From sequence record SRR20825006_189: 20,000 bases of DNA; one strand, written 5' to 3'. Position numbers and translations under genes: made by a program. The notes beneath the pieces were generated by a model. That model had not been told where the DNA came from, ran no database searches, and worked only from the letters and a program-made list of their open reading frames with translations. Of this stretch, positions 7,972 to 18,497 are shown one piece after another. Positions within the stretch are counted from its first letter, which is position 1; each line of letters opens with the position of its first letter.

Positions 7972-9084
7972 ATGGCCAGAAGAGACTATTACGAGATTTT
8001 GGGTATCTCGCGAACGGCGACCGAGGCCGAAATCAAAAAAGCCTACCGCCGCATGGCGATGAAGTATCACCCGGATCGTAATCCGGACGATGCGGAGTCA
8101 GAAACCAAATTCAAGGAAGCCAAGGAAGCCTACGAAATTTTAGCCGACAGCCAGAAACGGGCTGCCTATGACCAGTTCGGTCATGACGGTGTCGACCAGT
8201 CCATGGGCGGCGGTTTCGGTCGCGGTGGTGCCGGCGGATTCAGCGATATTTTCGGTGATGTATTCAATGATATTTTCGGTGCTGGTGGCCGTCAGCAGGC
8301 TTTCCGTGGTGCCGATCTGCGTTACCGTCTGGAACTGTCTCTGGAAGAGGCGGTGGCCGGTACCACGGCCAAAATCCGTATTCCGGTTAATGTAGAGTGT
8401 GAAACCTGTGACGGCAGCGGCGCCAAGAAAGGCACCGAGCCGGTGACCTGTACCACCTGTGGTGGACATGGCCAGGTTCGTATTCAGCAGGGTTTCTTTA
8501 CTATGCAGCAGGCCTGTCCGCACTGCCGCGGTACCGGCAAGATGATCAAAGACCCCTGTCCGGACTGTCATGGCGAAGGCCTGGTGCAGGAACACAAAAC
8601 CTTGTCTGTCAAAGTACCCGCCGGTGTTGATACCGGTGACCGGATCCGGCTCGAGGGTGAAGGTGAAGCCGGACTGCACGGGGCTCCTGCCGGTGATTTG
8701 TTTGTGGAAGTGGCGGTCAAACGGCATGATGTGTTTACCCGTGACGGTACCAACCTGTTCTGTGATGTACCGCTGAGCTTTGTGATTGCCGCACTGGGCG
8801 GTGAAGTCGAAGTGCCAACCCTGGAAGGCAAAGCCAGCCTCAAGATTCCGGAAGGCACCCAGAGCGGCCAGCAATTCCGTATGCGTGGCAAAGGTGTGAC
8901 CTCTGTCCGTGGCGGCCCGACAGGTGATCTGCTGTGCCGTGTCATTATTGAAACGCCGGTCAAATTGTCGAAGAAACAAAAGGAACTGCTGGAACAGTTT
9001 GAGGAAGACATCAAGGGTGGCGGTGACAAGCATAGTCCGAAACATTCTTCCTGGCTGGATGCGGTTAAACGTTTTTTTGAATGA
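7972..9084 (+). CDS. dnaJ: Molecular chaperone DnaJ (Hsp40, class A)
   Basis: J domain (RDYYEILG...YHPDRN), G/F-rich region with DIF repeats, four CxxCxGxG zinc motifs ([32 protein letters not shown]). ATG 7972 (MARRDYY) is the conventional start rather than TTG 7954. Confidence 0.98.
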   Translation: MARRDYYEILGISRTATEAEIKKAYRRMAMKYHPDRNPDDAESETKFKEAKEAYEILADSQKRAAYDQFGHDGVDQSMGGGFGRGGAGGFSDIFGDVFNDIFGAGGRQQAFRGADLRYRLELSLEEAVAGTTAKIRIPVNVECETCDGSGAKKGTEPVTCTTCGGHGQVRIQQGFFTMQQACPHCRGTGKMIKDPCPDCHGEGLVQEHKTLSVKVPAGVDTGDRIRLEGEGEAGLHGAPAGDLFVEVAVKRHDVFTRDGTNLFCDVPLSFVIAALGGEVEVPTLEGKASLKIPEGTQSGQQFRMRGKGVTSVRGGPTGDLLCRVIIETPVKLSKKQKELLEQFEEDIKGGGDKHSPKHSSWLDAVKRFFE

Positions 9085-9105
9085 ACGTTTGTCAGCTTGC
9101 GGTGA

Positions 9106-9140
9106 CGGCTCAGGATGGGGATACTTTCCATTTTGAGCCG
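9106..9140 (+). other. Stable hairpin downstream of dnaJ (no poly-U tail)
   Basis: CGGCTCA (9106-9112)/TGAGCCG (9134-9140), extended by GGATGGGGA/TTTCCATTT with G-U pairs to about 16 bp. Confidence 0.55.
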
Positions 9141-9144
9141 AACT

Positions 9145-9223
9145 GTAGTTTGGCTTGAGAAACGAAGCCCAACAGACATTTTTAATCTCATTTGTTGGGC
9201 TTCATCAGTTCAACCCAAGCCAC
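9145..9223. repeat. Degenerate GTAG-family REP doublet (REPIN-like)
   Basis: Left GTAGTTTGGCTTGAGAAACGAAGCCCAACA (9145-9174); inverted right copy 9193-9223, whose reverse complement is GTGGCTTGGGTTGAACTGATGAAGCCCAACA. Each unit is itself an imperfect palindrome; 11-bp perfect IR GAAGCCCAACA/TGTTGGGCTTC around an 18-nt AT-rich spacer. Confidence 0.72.
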
Positions 9224-9248
9224 AAATAATGTGCGAAAAGAAATATAA

Positions 9249-10067
<819 letters not shown>

Positions 10068-10089
10068 ATCTGGCGCGAGCTCTTATCAG

Positions 10090-10118
10090 AAAAAAGGCCG
10101 GTTAATCCGGCTTTTTTT
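10090..10118. terminator. Bidirectional intrinsic terminator between convergent dapB and the TPR lipoprotein gene
   Basis: AAAAAAGGCCGG-TTAAT-CCGGCTTTTTTT: GC stem flanked by A and T tracts. Confidence 0.88.
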
Positions 10119-10134
10119 GTGTCTTTGGCAATCG

Positions 10135-10701
10135 CTAGTAACTGGCGGCTTTCTGTTCTGCCTGACGTGAGCCTGCTGCGTCACCGGCGCGCATCCGAAT
10201 CTTCGCAATCAATTTCCACAGCCGCTGTAATTGTTCGCGGTTACCCTGTGCCAGAGAAACACCTTTCAAGGAGACCTGCTCGGCAAGGTCAAAATCCTCG
10301 AGTTCCATATGGGTCAAAGCCAGGGAGTAATAGACTTCCGGGTCTCGGGGGGCGATACGCTGTGCCCGCTGCAGACTACCCTGAGCAGAACGGTAGTCAC
10401 CGGCAACGCGGGACTGTTCGGCATCACTCAGCAGGGCAATCACGGCCGGACTTTGTTGAGCCTGAGGCTGCGGAGTTGGTGCCGGGGAGGGACTCGGTGT
10501 GGCAGCCGGTCCGGCATCAGGCAGCGGAGTGACTACAGCCGGTTCAGAGCGTTGTTCCTGTGGTGCAGGCGTCGGTGCTGGTGCTTCACTGCCGCGATCT
10601 TCAACCGGTGGTCTTGGTGGTTGAGAAGGCGAAATGCTACAGCCTGCCATCACGGCGGTCAGCGTCGCTGTCAGCAGCAAGCGGGGTGTTAATAATCGCA
10701 T
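10135..10701 (-). CDS. TPR-repeat lipoprotein, LpoP-like putative PBP1b activator
   Basis: Signal peptide with lipobox MAG-C, ~60-aa Pro/Ala/Gln-rich linker, then TPR helices (AQGSLQRAQRIAPRDPEVYYSLA...AEQVSLKG). Directly downstream of mrcB. AAGGA spacing favours ATG 10701; alternative start 10707. Confidence 0.8.
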   Translation of the reverse strand: MRLLTPRLLLTATLTAVMAGCSISPSQPPRPPVEDRGSEAPAPTPAPQEQRSEPAVVTPLPDAGPAATPSPSPAPTPQPQAQQSPAVIALLSDAEQSRVAGDYRSAQGSLQRAQRIAPRDPEVYYSLALTHMELEDFDLAEQVSLKGVSLAQGNREQLQRLWKLIAKIRMRAGDAAGSRQAEQKAASY

Positions 10702-10710
10702 AATCATTCC

Positions 10711-13074
10711 TTACTGAAACCAGTCCTTGATCCAGTCAATCGAGCGGCTGACAGGGTCATCCTGTTGGCCCGGTTCGATATAACATTCCGCCGTCTGCTG
10801 AGGTGCAGTGCCACGGATGAAGGGTAACTGCCGGGCATTTTCACATTGCGCGGCAGATAAATAGCCATTGTCCGCGTTCACCCACAGCCATTCAATCGTT
10901 TCCGGTGTCGGTGCCTGGAAACTATCCAGTGGCTGGCTGGCCATAAATTGTGTCCAGGCACGCAGGGCACCGCCGGAACCGGTAAATGGTAATGGCGAGT
11001 TATCATCCTGTCCCAGCCAGACAACAGCCAGGCGATTATTGCTGAAACCAGCAAACCAGCTGTCGCGCTGATCATCAGACGTGCCGGTCTTGCCCGCGAC
11101 ATTGAGATGGCCCGGTAAAGTGCGGTAAATGCTGGCGGCAGTACCACGGTGGGTCACTTGCTGCATGGCCGTCTGTATCAGGTAGATATCTTCTGGATCT
11201 ACAGTTTGCTTGAGCTGGAATGGATAACTCGACAAGGCATTGCCCTCACTGTCTGTAACAGTGCGGATTGCTCTGGCCGGCATCTGGAAGCCGTTGGCAG
11301 CGATGGTCTGGTACATGGTCGCCACTTCAAGCGGCGACAGACCCTGGGCACCCAGTAGTAGTGAAGGATAAGGATCCAGATCGCGTCTGACGCCCAGCCT
11401 GACCAGGGTGTCGATGACATTATCCAGGCCCACGGCCATACCCAGCCGCGCAGTGGCAATATTATAAGAATGGGTCAGGCCTTCAATCAGCGTGACTTCA
11501 CTGTGTGATTGCTTGTCAAAATTCTGCGGTTTCCAGGTCTGACCATTGGGCAGAGACAGCGAATAGGGCGAGTCATCCAGCCGCGTGCTGAGTGTATAAC
11601 CGTGCTCCAGCGCCGCCAGGTAGACGGCCGGTTTAACCAGCGAGCCGATGGGCCGCTTTGAGTCGAGTGCGCGGTTAAAGCCTTTGTAACGGGTATTCCG
11701 ATCGCCGATGACCGATAGTACTTCACCGGTTTGCGGGTCGGTGACGACCATGCTGCCCTGCAGTTTGTCGACCTTCTGATAGCCCTGCTCCAGTTGACTG
11801 ATGGTTTCTATCAGTGCCTGTTCGGCTTCTTTTTGCACAATCGGATCGAGACTGGTGAAGACACGCAGACCTTCTGAACTCAGATCCTCGTCCCGGTAAT
11901 GCCGTCTCAGCTGTCGTTTGACCAGATCCAGAAAGGCCGGGTAGGCCTCTTTCAGTAAGGTGCCTTTTTTGACCACATCCAAATCAGCAGTGGTTGCCTG
12001 CTGATATTGTTCCTGAGTAATTTCTCCCTGCTCATGGAGCACACTCAAAACCAGGTTACGTCGCCGCTTGGCCCGTTCCGGGTGACGGCGGGGGTCATAA
12101 TAGGAGGGGCCCTTGACCATGCCGGCCAGTAAGGCGACTTGGTGTAGTTTCAGCTCCTGTATCGGCTGACCGAAAAAATAATGCGCACCGAGACCAAAGC
12201 CGTGAATGGCACGGGCACCGTCCTGTCCCAGATAGACTTCATTGAGATAAGCTTCCAGGATCTCGTCTTTACTGTAATGCAGCTCCAGCAGCATCGCCAT
12301 CGGCATTTCCAGCAGTTTGCGGATCAGCGTGCGGTCAGAAGTCAGATAGAAGTTTTTAATCAGTTGCTGGGTCAGCGTACTGCCACCCTGAACAAAAGCA
12401 CCAGCCTTGATATTGGCGAGCATGGCACGGGCAATGCCTTTGGGGGAAATGCCATGGTGTTGATAAAAGTCCCGATCTTCAATCGCGATCAGAGCATCAA
12501 TCAGTTCCGGTGGTGCATCCTGCAACTGAATCAGATCCCGGTCTTCGTTGTTAAGCGGATAGATGCCGCCGATAAGCACTGGCTCCAGTCGCAGCAAAGC
12601 AACTTCATTGCCCTGAGCATCGCTGATGCCGGACAGACCCTCACGGTTAAAGTCGAGCACCAGCCGGCGGGCCGGTTCTCTGCCATCGGTAAAGTTAAAG
12701 CCGCGTGTCGAGACAATGGCGCGTGATAATGAAAAGGCTGCCTGGCCGGGTTGTGATGCCCGGCTGACAAACTGGTAGCCCAGGCCGCGCAGTTCGATTT
12801 TCAGGTCTTCAATAGTGAGTGCTGACCCGGCATACAGCTCCAGAGGACGTGCATAGACTTTGGCCGGTACTGCCCAGCGTTTGCCTTCAAACTGATGGCG
12901 GATTTGCACATCCAGAAACAACAGCAGCAAACCCACAAGCACCAGTAGCGTGAACAGGATTTTAAGCAGTGTCGTTTTACTGATAAAACCGCGGTTATTT
13001 TTACGTGATGCGCTGCGGCTACGGCGCTTCACAGGTTTGCGGTTAGTTGTTTTAGTCGGTTTTTTACGGGCCAT
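10711..13074 (-). CDS. mrcB: Penicillin-binding protein 1B (bifunctional transglycosylase/transpeptidase)
   Basis: Basic cytoplasmic tail and one TM helix, WAVPAKVYARPLEL entry to a UB2H domain, GT51 motifs EDRDFYQHHG, GGSTLTQQLIKN, RKLLE, KDEILEAYLN; transpeptidase motifs SLVK, SYN, KTG. Confidence 0.95.
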   Translation of the reverse strand: MARKKPTKTTNRKPVKRRSRSASRKNNRGFISKTTLLKILFTLLVLVGLLLLFLDVQIRHQFEGKRWAVPAKVYARPLELYAGSALTIEDLKIELRGLGYQFVSRASQPGQAAFSLSRAIVSTRGFNFTDGREPARRLVLDFNREGLSGISDAQGNEVALLRLEPVLIGGIYPLNNEDRDLIQLQDAPPELIDALIAIEDRDFYQHHGISPKGIARAMLANIKAGAFVQGGSTLTQQLIKNFYLTSDRTLIRKLLEMPMAMLLELHYSKDEILEAYLNEVYLGQDGARAIHGFGLGAHYFFGQPIQELKLHQVALLAGMVKGPSYYDPRRHPERAKRRRNLVLSVLHEQGEITQEQYQQATTADLDVVKKGTLLKEAYPAFLDLVKRQLRRHYRDEDLSSEGLRVFTSLDPIVQKEAEQALIETISQLEQGYQKVDKLQGSMVVTDPQTGEVLSVIGDRNTRYKGFNRALDSKRPIGSLVKPAVYLAALEHGYTLSTRLDDSPYSLSLPNGQTWKPQNFDKQSHSEVTLIEGLTHSYNIATARLGMAVGLDNVIDTLVRLGVRRDLDPYPSLLLGAQGLSPLEVATMYQTIAANGFQMPARAIRTVTDSEGNALSSYPFQLKQTVDPEDIYLIQTAMQQVTHRGTAASIYRTLPGHLNVAGKTGTSDDQRDSWFAGFSNNRLAVVWLGQDDNSPLPFTGSGGALRAWTQFMASQPLDSFQAPTPETIEWLWVNADNGYLSAAQCENARQLPFIRGTAPQQTAECYIEPGQQDDPVSRSIDWIKDWFQ

Positions 13075-13454
13075 AAACGGTTCGGGGTGTCCGGGTCAGG
13101 GGCAACAGTCAATTGAGACTAAAGCACTCAGGCAACGATTTCTGTTAATCAGTTTCCAGCATCTTGGTATTGGCCTGTGCTCCAGGTCAATCCGCATAGG
13201 GTGTCTATTATGCTTGAGCTGGTTTTTTTTTGCTGGCGCACAGCGGGCCAAATGGATGTTATTCATCCCCTTTGCGAGTCAGTTCCAGATCCGGTTTTTT
13301 GACCTTATACAAGAACCTGCGCCAGTTGTAGTCTGCTGGTAGCCTGATTTCGCATTATCGAAATTGTCTGGTAATATGCAGAACTCCGAACGGGTTTCAT
13401 GCGTAAAATTTTTTCACCTGAAACTGCGAGAAAATGCAACTGAAGTGAGCGTTT

Positions 13455-14009
13455 ATGGCTTTAGAAACACCAGTTTGTGACTTCGGTCAGCCAGCCATTG
13501 ATTTTTCGCTGCCGGGTACCGACGGCAAAATCTGGACTTTGGATGATTGTCGTGGTGAAAATGGTCTTCTGATTATGTTCATCTGCAACCACTGCCCCTA
13601 CGTTCAGGCTGTGATTGACAGACTGGTGCGCGATACAAATGAGCTTAAACAGTATGGCATTAATTCAGTTGCCATCATGGCCAATGATGTTGAAGAGTAC
13701 CCGGAAGACTCGTTCGATAACATGAAAAAGGTTGCCGAACAGCAAGGGTTTTCCTTTCCTTATTTATATGATGAATCGCAGCAGGTTGCCCAGACATACG
13801 GGGCTGTCTGCACGCCTGATTTTTTTGGCTATAACAAAGACCTGCAGTTGCAATACCGTGGTCGTCTGGATGCCAGCCGTAAACAAGCGGCTGATCCTGA
13901 TGTCAGACGGGATCTGTTTGAAGCAATGAAACAGGTCGCTGAAACAGGCCATGGCCCGGAAAATCAGATACCGAGTATGGGCTGCTCGATCAAGTGGCGG
14001 GCGGCTTAA
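13455..14009 (+). CDS. Thioredoxin-fold AhpC/TSA (peroxiredoxin-like) family protein
   Basis: FICNHCPYV CxxC motif, YPEDSFDNM, FPYLYDESQQVA, GAVCTPDFF, YRGRLD and C-terminal PSMGCSIKW. Confidence 0.88.
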   Translation: MALETPVCDFGQPAIDFSLPGTDGKIWTLDDCRGENGLLIMFICNHCPYVQAVIDRLVRDTNELKQYGINSVAIMANDVEEYPEDSFDNMKKVAEQQGFSFPYLYDESQQVAQTYGAVCTPDFFGYNKDLQLQYRGRLDASRKQAADPDVRRDLFEAMKQVAETGHGPENQIPSMGCSIKWRAA

Positions 14010-14035
14010 TTTTTTTTAATAGGAGAATGTAGAAA

Positions 14036-16024
14036 ATGGCTACACGTAGACATTTAGCTAATGCAATCCGTGCCCTGAGTATGGATGCAGTACAAAAGGC
14101 GAATTCTGGTCACCCGGGTGCGCCGATGGGTATGGCGGATATCGCCGAAGTCCTGTGGAATGACCACCTGAAGCACAATCCTAACAACCCGAACTGGGCT
14201 GACCGTGATCGCTTTATTCTGTCTAACGGCCACGGTTCTATGTTGATTTATTCATTGCTGCACCTGACCGGTTACGACCTGCCAATGGATTCAATCAAAA
14301 CATTCCGTCAACTACACTCTCAATGTGCGGGTCACCCTGAATACGGTTACGCGCCGGGTATCGAAACTACCACGGGTCCGCTGGGTCAGGGCATCACCAA
14401 CGGTGTCGGTTTCGCCATGGCAGAAAAACTGATGGCAGATCAGTTCAACAAGCCTGGCCATGACATCGTCAACCACCACACCTATGTTTTCATGGGCGAT
14501 GGCTGCCTGATGGAAGGTGTCTCTCATGAATCTTGCGCTCTGGCCGGTACCTGGGGTCTGGGTAACCTGATCGCATTCTGGGATGACAACAACATCTCTA
14601 TCGACGGTCACATCGACGGCTGGTACACCGATGACACCGTGAAACGTTTTGAAGCATACGGCTGGCACGTCCAATCTGTTGACGGTCATGATTCTGATGC
14701 CATCAACAAAGCGATCGAAGAAGCGAAGAAAGTCACTGACAAGCCTTCTCTGATCTGCTGTAAAACCATTATCGGTTTCGGTTCACCAAACAAATCAGCC
14801 AGCCACGACTGCCACGGTGCAGCGCTGGGTGAAGAAGAAGTGGCACTGACCCGTAAAGAGCTGGGCTGGGAATACGAGCCGTTTGTGATTCCTGAAGATG
14901 TTTACGAAGGTTGGGATGCTAAAGCCAAAGGCGCCGAAGCTGAAGCTACCTGGAACGAAAAATTTGCGGCCTACGAGAAGGAATATCCGGAACTGGCTGC
15001 TGAATTCAAACGCCGTATGGCCGGTGAACTGCCAGCTAACTGGAAAGAAGCCACTGACAAGATGATCGCTGAAACCAACGAGAAAGCGGAAAAAGTCGCG
15101 ACTCGTAAAGCTTCACAAAATGTCATCACGGCACTGGCACCGACACTGCCTGAATTCCTGGGCGGTTCTGCCGACCTGACCGGTTCTAACCTGACCAGCT
15201 GCCCTAGCTTCAAGCACGTTTCAGGTAAAGAGCCTGGTAACTACATCTCGTACGGTGTTCGTGAATTCGGTATGTTTGCCATCATGAACGGTATGGCACT
15301 GCACGGTGGTCTGCTGCCTTACGGTGGTACTTTCCACATGTTCTCTGACTATGCTAAAAACGCCCTGCGTATGGCGGCATTGATGAAGCAACGCACTATT
15401 GCTGTGCTGACCCACGACTCAATCGGTCAGGGTGAAGATGGTCCGACTCACCAACCAATCGAACAGTCTGCCGGTTTACGCTATATCCCGAATATGGATG
15501 TATGGCGTCCGGGTGACTCAACTGAGGTTGCTGTAGCCTGGGTGGCTGCTGTTGAGCGTATGGATGGTCCTACCAGTCTGGTATTCAGCCGTCAGGGCGT
15601 ACCGGGTCGTACCCACGACACCGCTGATTTCGAAGCTATCCGTAAGGGTGGTTACGTGATCTCTGACGCAGAAGGCGGTAACGCTGATGTTATCCTGATC
15701 GCAACTGGTTCAGAGCTGGATTTGGCACTGCAATCTCAGGAAGCACTGAAAGGTGAAGGCGTTAAAGCACGTGTTGTTTCCATGCCATCAACCAACGTCT
15801 TTGATCGTCAGGATCAGGCATACAAAGATAGCGTTTTGACACCTGGTGTTAAACGCGTTTCTATTGAAGCCGGTGTCACTGACTTCTGGCGTAAGTATGT
15901 TGGTCTGGAAGGCGGCACTGTCGGTATCGATACCTTCGGTGAATCAGCCAAAGGTCCTGACCTGTTCGAATACTTCGGCTTTACTGTCGAGAACGTGGTT
16001 AAGACTGTTAAAGAAACCCTGTAA
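14036..16024 (+). CDS. tkt: Transketolase
   Basis: [34 protein letters not shown], ThDP motif GDGCLMEG...[39 protein letters not shown]. Confidence 0.98.
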   Translation: MATRRHLANAIRALSMDAVQKANSGHPGAPMGMADIAEVLWNDHLKHNPNNPNWADRDRFILSNGHGSMLIYSLLHLTGYDLPMDSIKTFRQLHSQCAGHPEYGYAPGIETTTGPLGQGITNGVGFAMAEKLMADQFNKPGHDIVNHHTYVFMGDGCLMEGVSHESCALAGTWGLGNLIAFWDDNNISIDGHIDGWYTDDTVKRFEAYGWHVQSVDGHDSDAINKAIEEAKKVTDKPSLICCKTIIGFGSPNKSASHDCHGAALGEEEVALTRKELGWEYEPFVIPEDVYEGWDAKAKGAEAEATWNEKFAAYEKEYPELAAEFKRRMAGELPANWKEATDKMIAETNEKAEKVATRKASQNVITALAPTLPEFLGGSADLTGSNLTSCPSFKHVSGKEPGNYISYGVREFGMFAIMNGMALHGGLLPYGGTFHMFSDYAKNALRMAALMKQRTIAVLTHDSIGQGEDGPTHQPIEQSAGLRYIPNMDVWRPGDSTEVAVAWVAAVERMDGPTSLVFSRQGVPGRTHDTADFEAIRKGGYVISDAEGGNADVILIATGSELDLALQSQEALKGEGVKARVVSMPSTNVFDRQDQAYKDSVLTPGVKRVSIEAGVTDFWRKYVGLEGGTVGIDTFGESAKGPDLFEYFGFTVENVVKTVKETL

Positions 16025-16050
16025 AGGCATTATTTAACAGCAAAAAAATG

Positions 16051-16082
16051 ACCAGCGGGCTCAAAGCCCGCTGGTTTTTTTT
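16051..16082 (+). terminator. Intrinsic terminator after tkt
   Basis: Perfect 11-bp stem ACCAGCGGGCT-CAA-AGCCCGCTGGT followed by a T tract to 16082; A tract upstream. Confidence 0.9.
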
Positions 16083-16098
16083 CGTCTGAGACTTTACA

Positions 16099-16142
16099 GT
16101 CTAAAAAGTAAATCCTTGTGCACGAGTTTTTAGTTTTTAGAC
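16099..16142. promoter_or_regulatory. 44-bp palindrome upstream of gap (candidate operator)
   Basis: GTCTAAAAAGTAAATCCTTGTG|CACGAGTTTTTAGTTTTTAGAC; 18 of 22 positions symmetric, no spacer. Function not established. Confidence 0.5.
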
Positions 16143-16158
16143 ACTTAATGAATCTTAA

Positions 16159-17169
<1,011 letters not shown>

Positions 17170-17190
17170 GTTCATACCGTAAATTGAGTC

Positions 17191-17224
17191 AAAAAGGCTT
17201 CCTGCCCTGCGGGAGGCCTTTTTT
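17191..17224 (+). terminator. Intrinsic terminator after gap
   Basis: AAAAAGGCTTCCTGC-CCT-GCGGGAGGCCTTTTTT, a GC-rich stem with G-U pairs and a T6 tail. Confidence 0.85.
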
Positions 17225-17290
17225 ATGCCCAAGCTATCGGCGAAGACCTATACTTGGGGAAAGACAAAAAAGTTTTGAGAGGGAAATTTC

Positions 17291-18481
17291 ATGTCCGTAA
17301 TCAAAATGGCTGATTTGGACCTGGCCGGTAAACGCGTATTGATTCGCCAGGATCTCAATGTTCCGCTGAAGAAAGGTGTCGTGGCAGACGGTACCCGGAT
17401 TCATGCTTCTCTGCCAACAATCAAAATGGCCCTGGAGAAAGGTGCGCGGGTGATGATTATGTCGCACCTGGGCCGACCGACCGAAGGCGAATATGTCCAT
17501 CAGTACTCGATGGCGCCGGTAGCCAATTACCTGTCAGCATTGCTGGATCAGCCGGTCAGACTGGAGCAGAACTGGCTGGAACCGGACTTTATACCGGTAG
17601 AGCCGGGTGAAGTCGTACTATGTGAGAATGTGCGTTTCAATATCGGTGAAAAGAAAAACGATGAAGCCCTGTCGCGGCGTATGGCAAAAATGTGTGATGT
17701 TTTTGTCATGGATGCTTTCGGTACTGCACATCGCGCCCAGGCCTCGACCCATGGCGTAGCCAGATATGCGCCCATCGCCTGTGCCGGTCCTTTGCTGGCA
17801 GCCGAACTGGAGGCGCTGGGCAAAGCGCTGGATAACCCGGCACGGCCGATGGTCGCCATTGTTGGCGGCTCCAAGGTCTCGACCAAGCTCAGTGTGCTGG
17901 AAAGCCTGTCCACCAAAGTTGATCAACTGATTGTCGGTGGCGGTATCGCTAATACTTTTATTGCGGCGGAAGGCTTTAATGTCGGGAATTCACTGTACGA
18001 GGAAGAATTTCTCGATACCTGTCGAAAGCTGCGCAGCGAAGCTCAGTCTCGTGGCGGCGATATTCCGGTACCGACCGATGTCGTCTGTGGTAAAAAGTTT
18101 GCTGAAAACGCCGAGGCTGAGACCAAGAAGGTCGAACAAGTGCAGGACGATGATATGATATTCGACATTGGCCCTAAAACGGCTGAGAAGCTGGTGGAGA
18201 TTCTCAAAAATGCCGGCACTATCGTCTGGAATGGACCGGTCGGTGTGTTCGAGTTTAACCAGTTCGGTGAAGGCACCAAGGAAATCGCGATGGCGATTGC
18301 CGAGTCTGATGCCTTTTCCATCGCCGGTGGCGGCGATACCCTGGCAGCGGTTGCCAAATACAAAATCTGTGATGATATTTCCTATATTTCCACCGGTGGC
18401 GGTGCATTCCTTGAGTTTCTGGAAGGCAAAACGCTGCCCGCTGTTGAAATTCTGGAGCAGCGTGCCGCCGACCCCGGTTAA
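17291..18481 (+). CDS. pgk: Phosphoglycerate kinase
   Basis: [84 protein letters not shown]. Confidence 0.98.
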   Translation: MSVIKMADLDLAGKRVLIRQDLNVPLKKGVVADGTRIHASLPTIKMALEKGARVMIMSHLGRPTEGEYVHQYSMAPVANYLSALLDQPVRLEQNWLEPDFIPVEPGEVVLCENVRFNIGEKKNDEALSRRMAKMCDVFVMDAFGTAHRAQASTHGVARYAPIACAGPLLAAELEALGKALDNPARPMVAIVGGSKVSTKLSVLESLSTKVDQLIVGGGIANTFIAAEGFNVGNSLYEEEFLDTCRKLRSEAQSRGGDIPVPTDVVCGKKFAENAEAETKKVEQVQDDDMIFDIGPKTAEKLVEILKNAGTIVWNGPVGVFEFNQFGEGTKEIAMAIAESDAFSIAGGGDTLAAVAKYKICDDISYISTGGGAFLEFLEGKTLPAVEILEQRAADPG

Positions 18482-18497
18482 TTAACAAGGAGTAGAT

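Noticed and set aside
8140-9191. 301-aa and 207-aa antisense ORFs opposite dnaJ
   Set aside because: Shadow ORFs of a conserved gene with no recognisable motifs.
13120-13148. CIRCE-like half site TAAAGCACTC upstream of mrcB
   Set aside because: The second half GAGTGCTAA is absent at the 9-nt spacing, and the site is not in front of a chaperone gene.
13223-13231. T9 homopolymer as a phase-variation tract or terminator tail
   Set aside because: No adjacent upstream GC stem and no identifiable -35/-10 pair that it would space; a single sequence cannot show length variation.
12950-13342. 130-aa + strand ORF overlapping the mrcB start
   Set aside because: GTG start antisense to mrcB, no RBS and no recognisable domain; most likely spurious.
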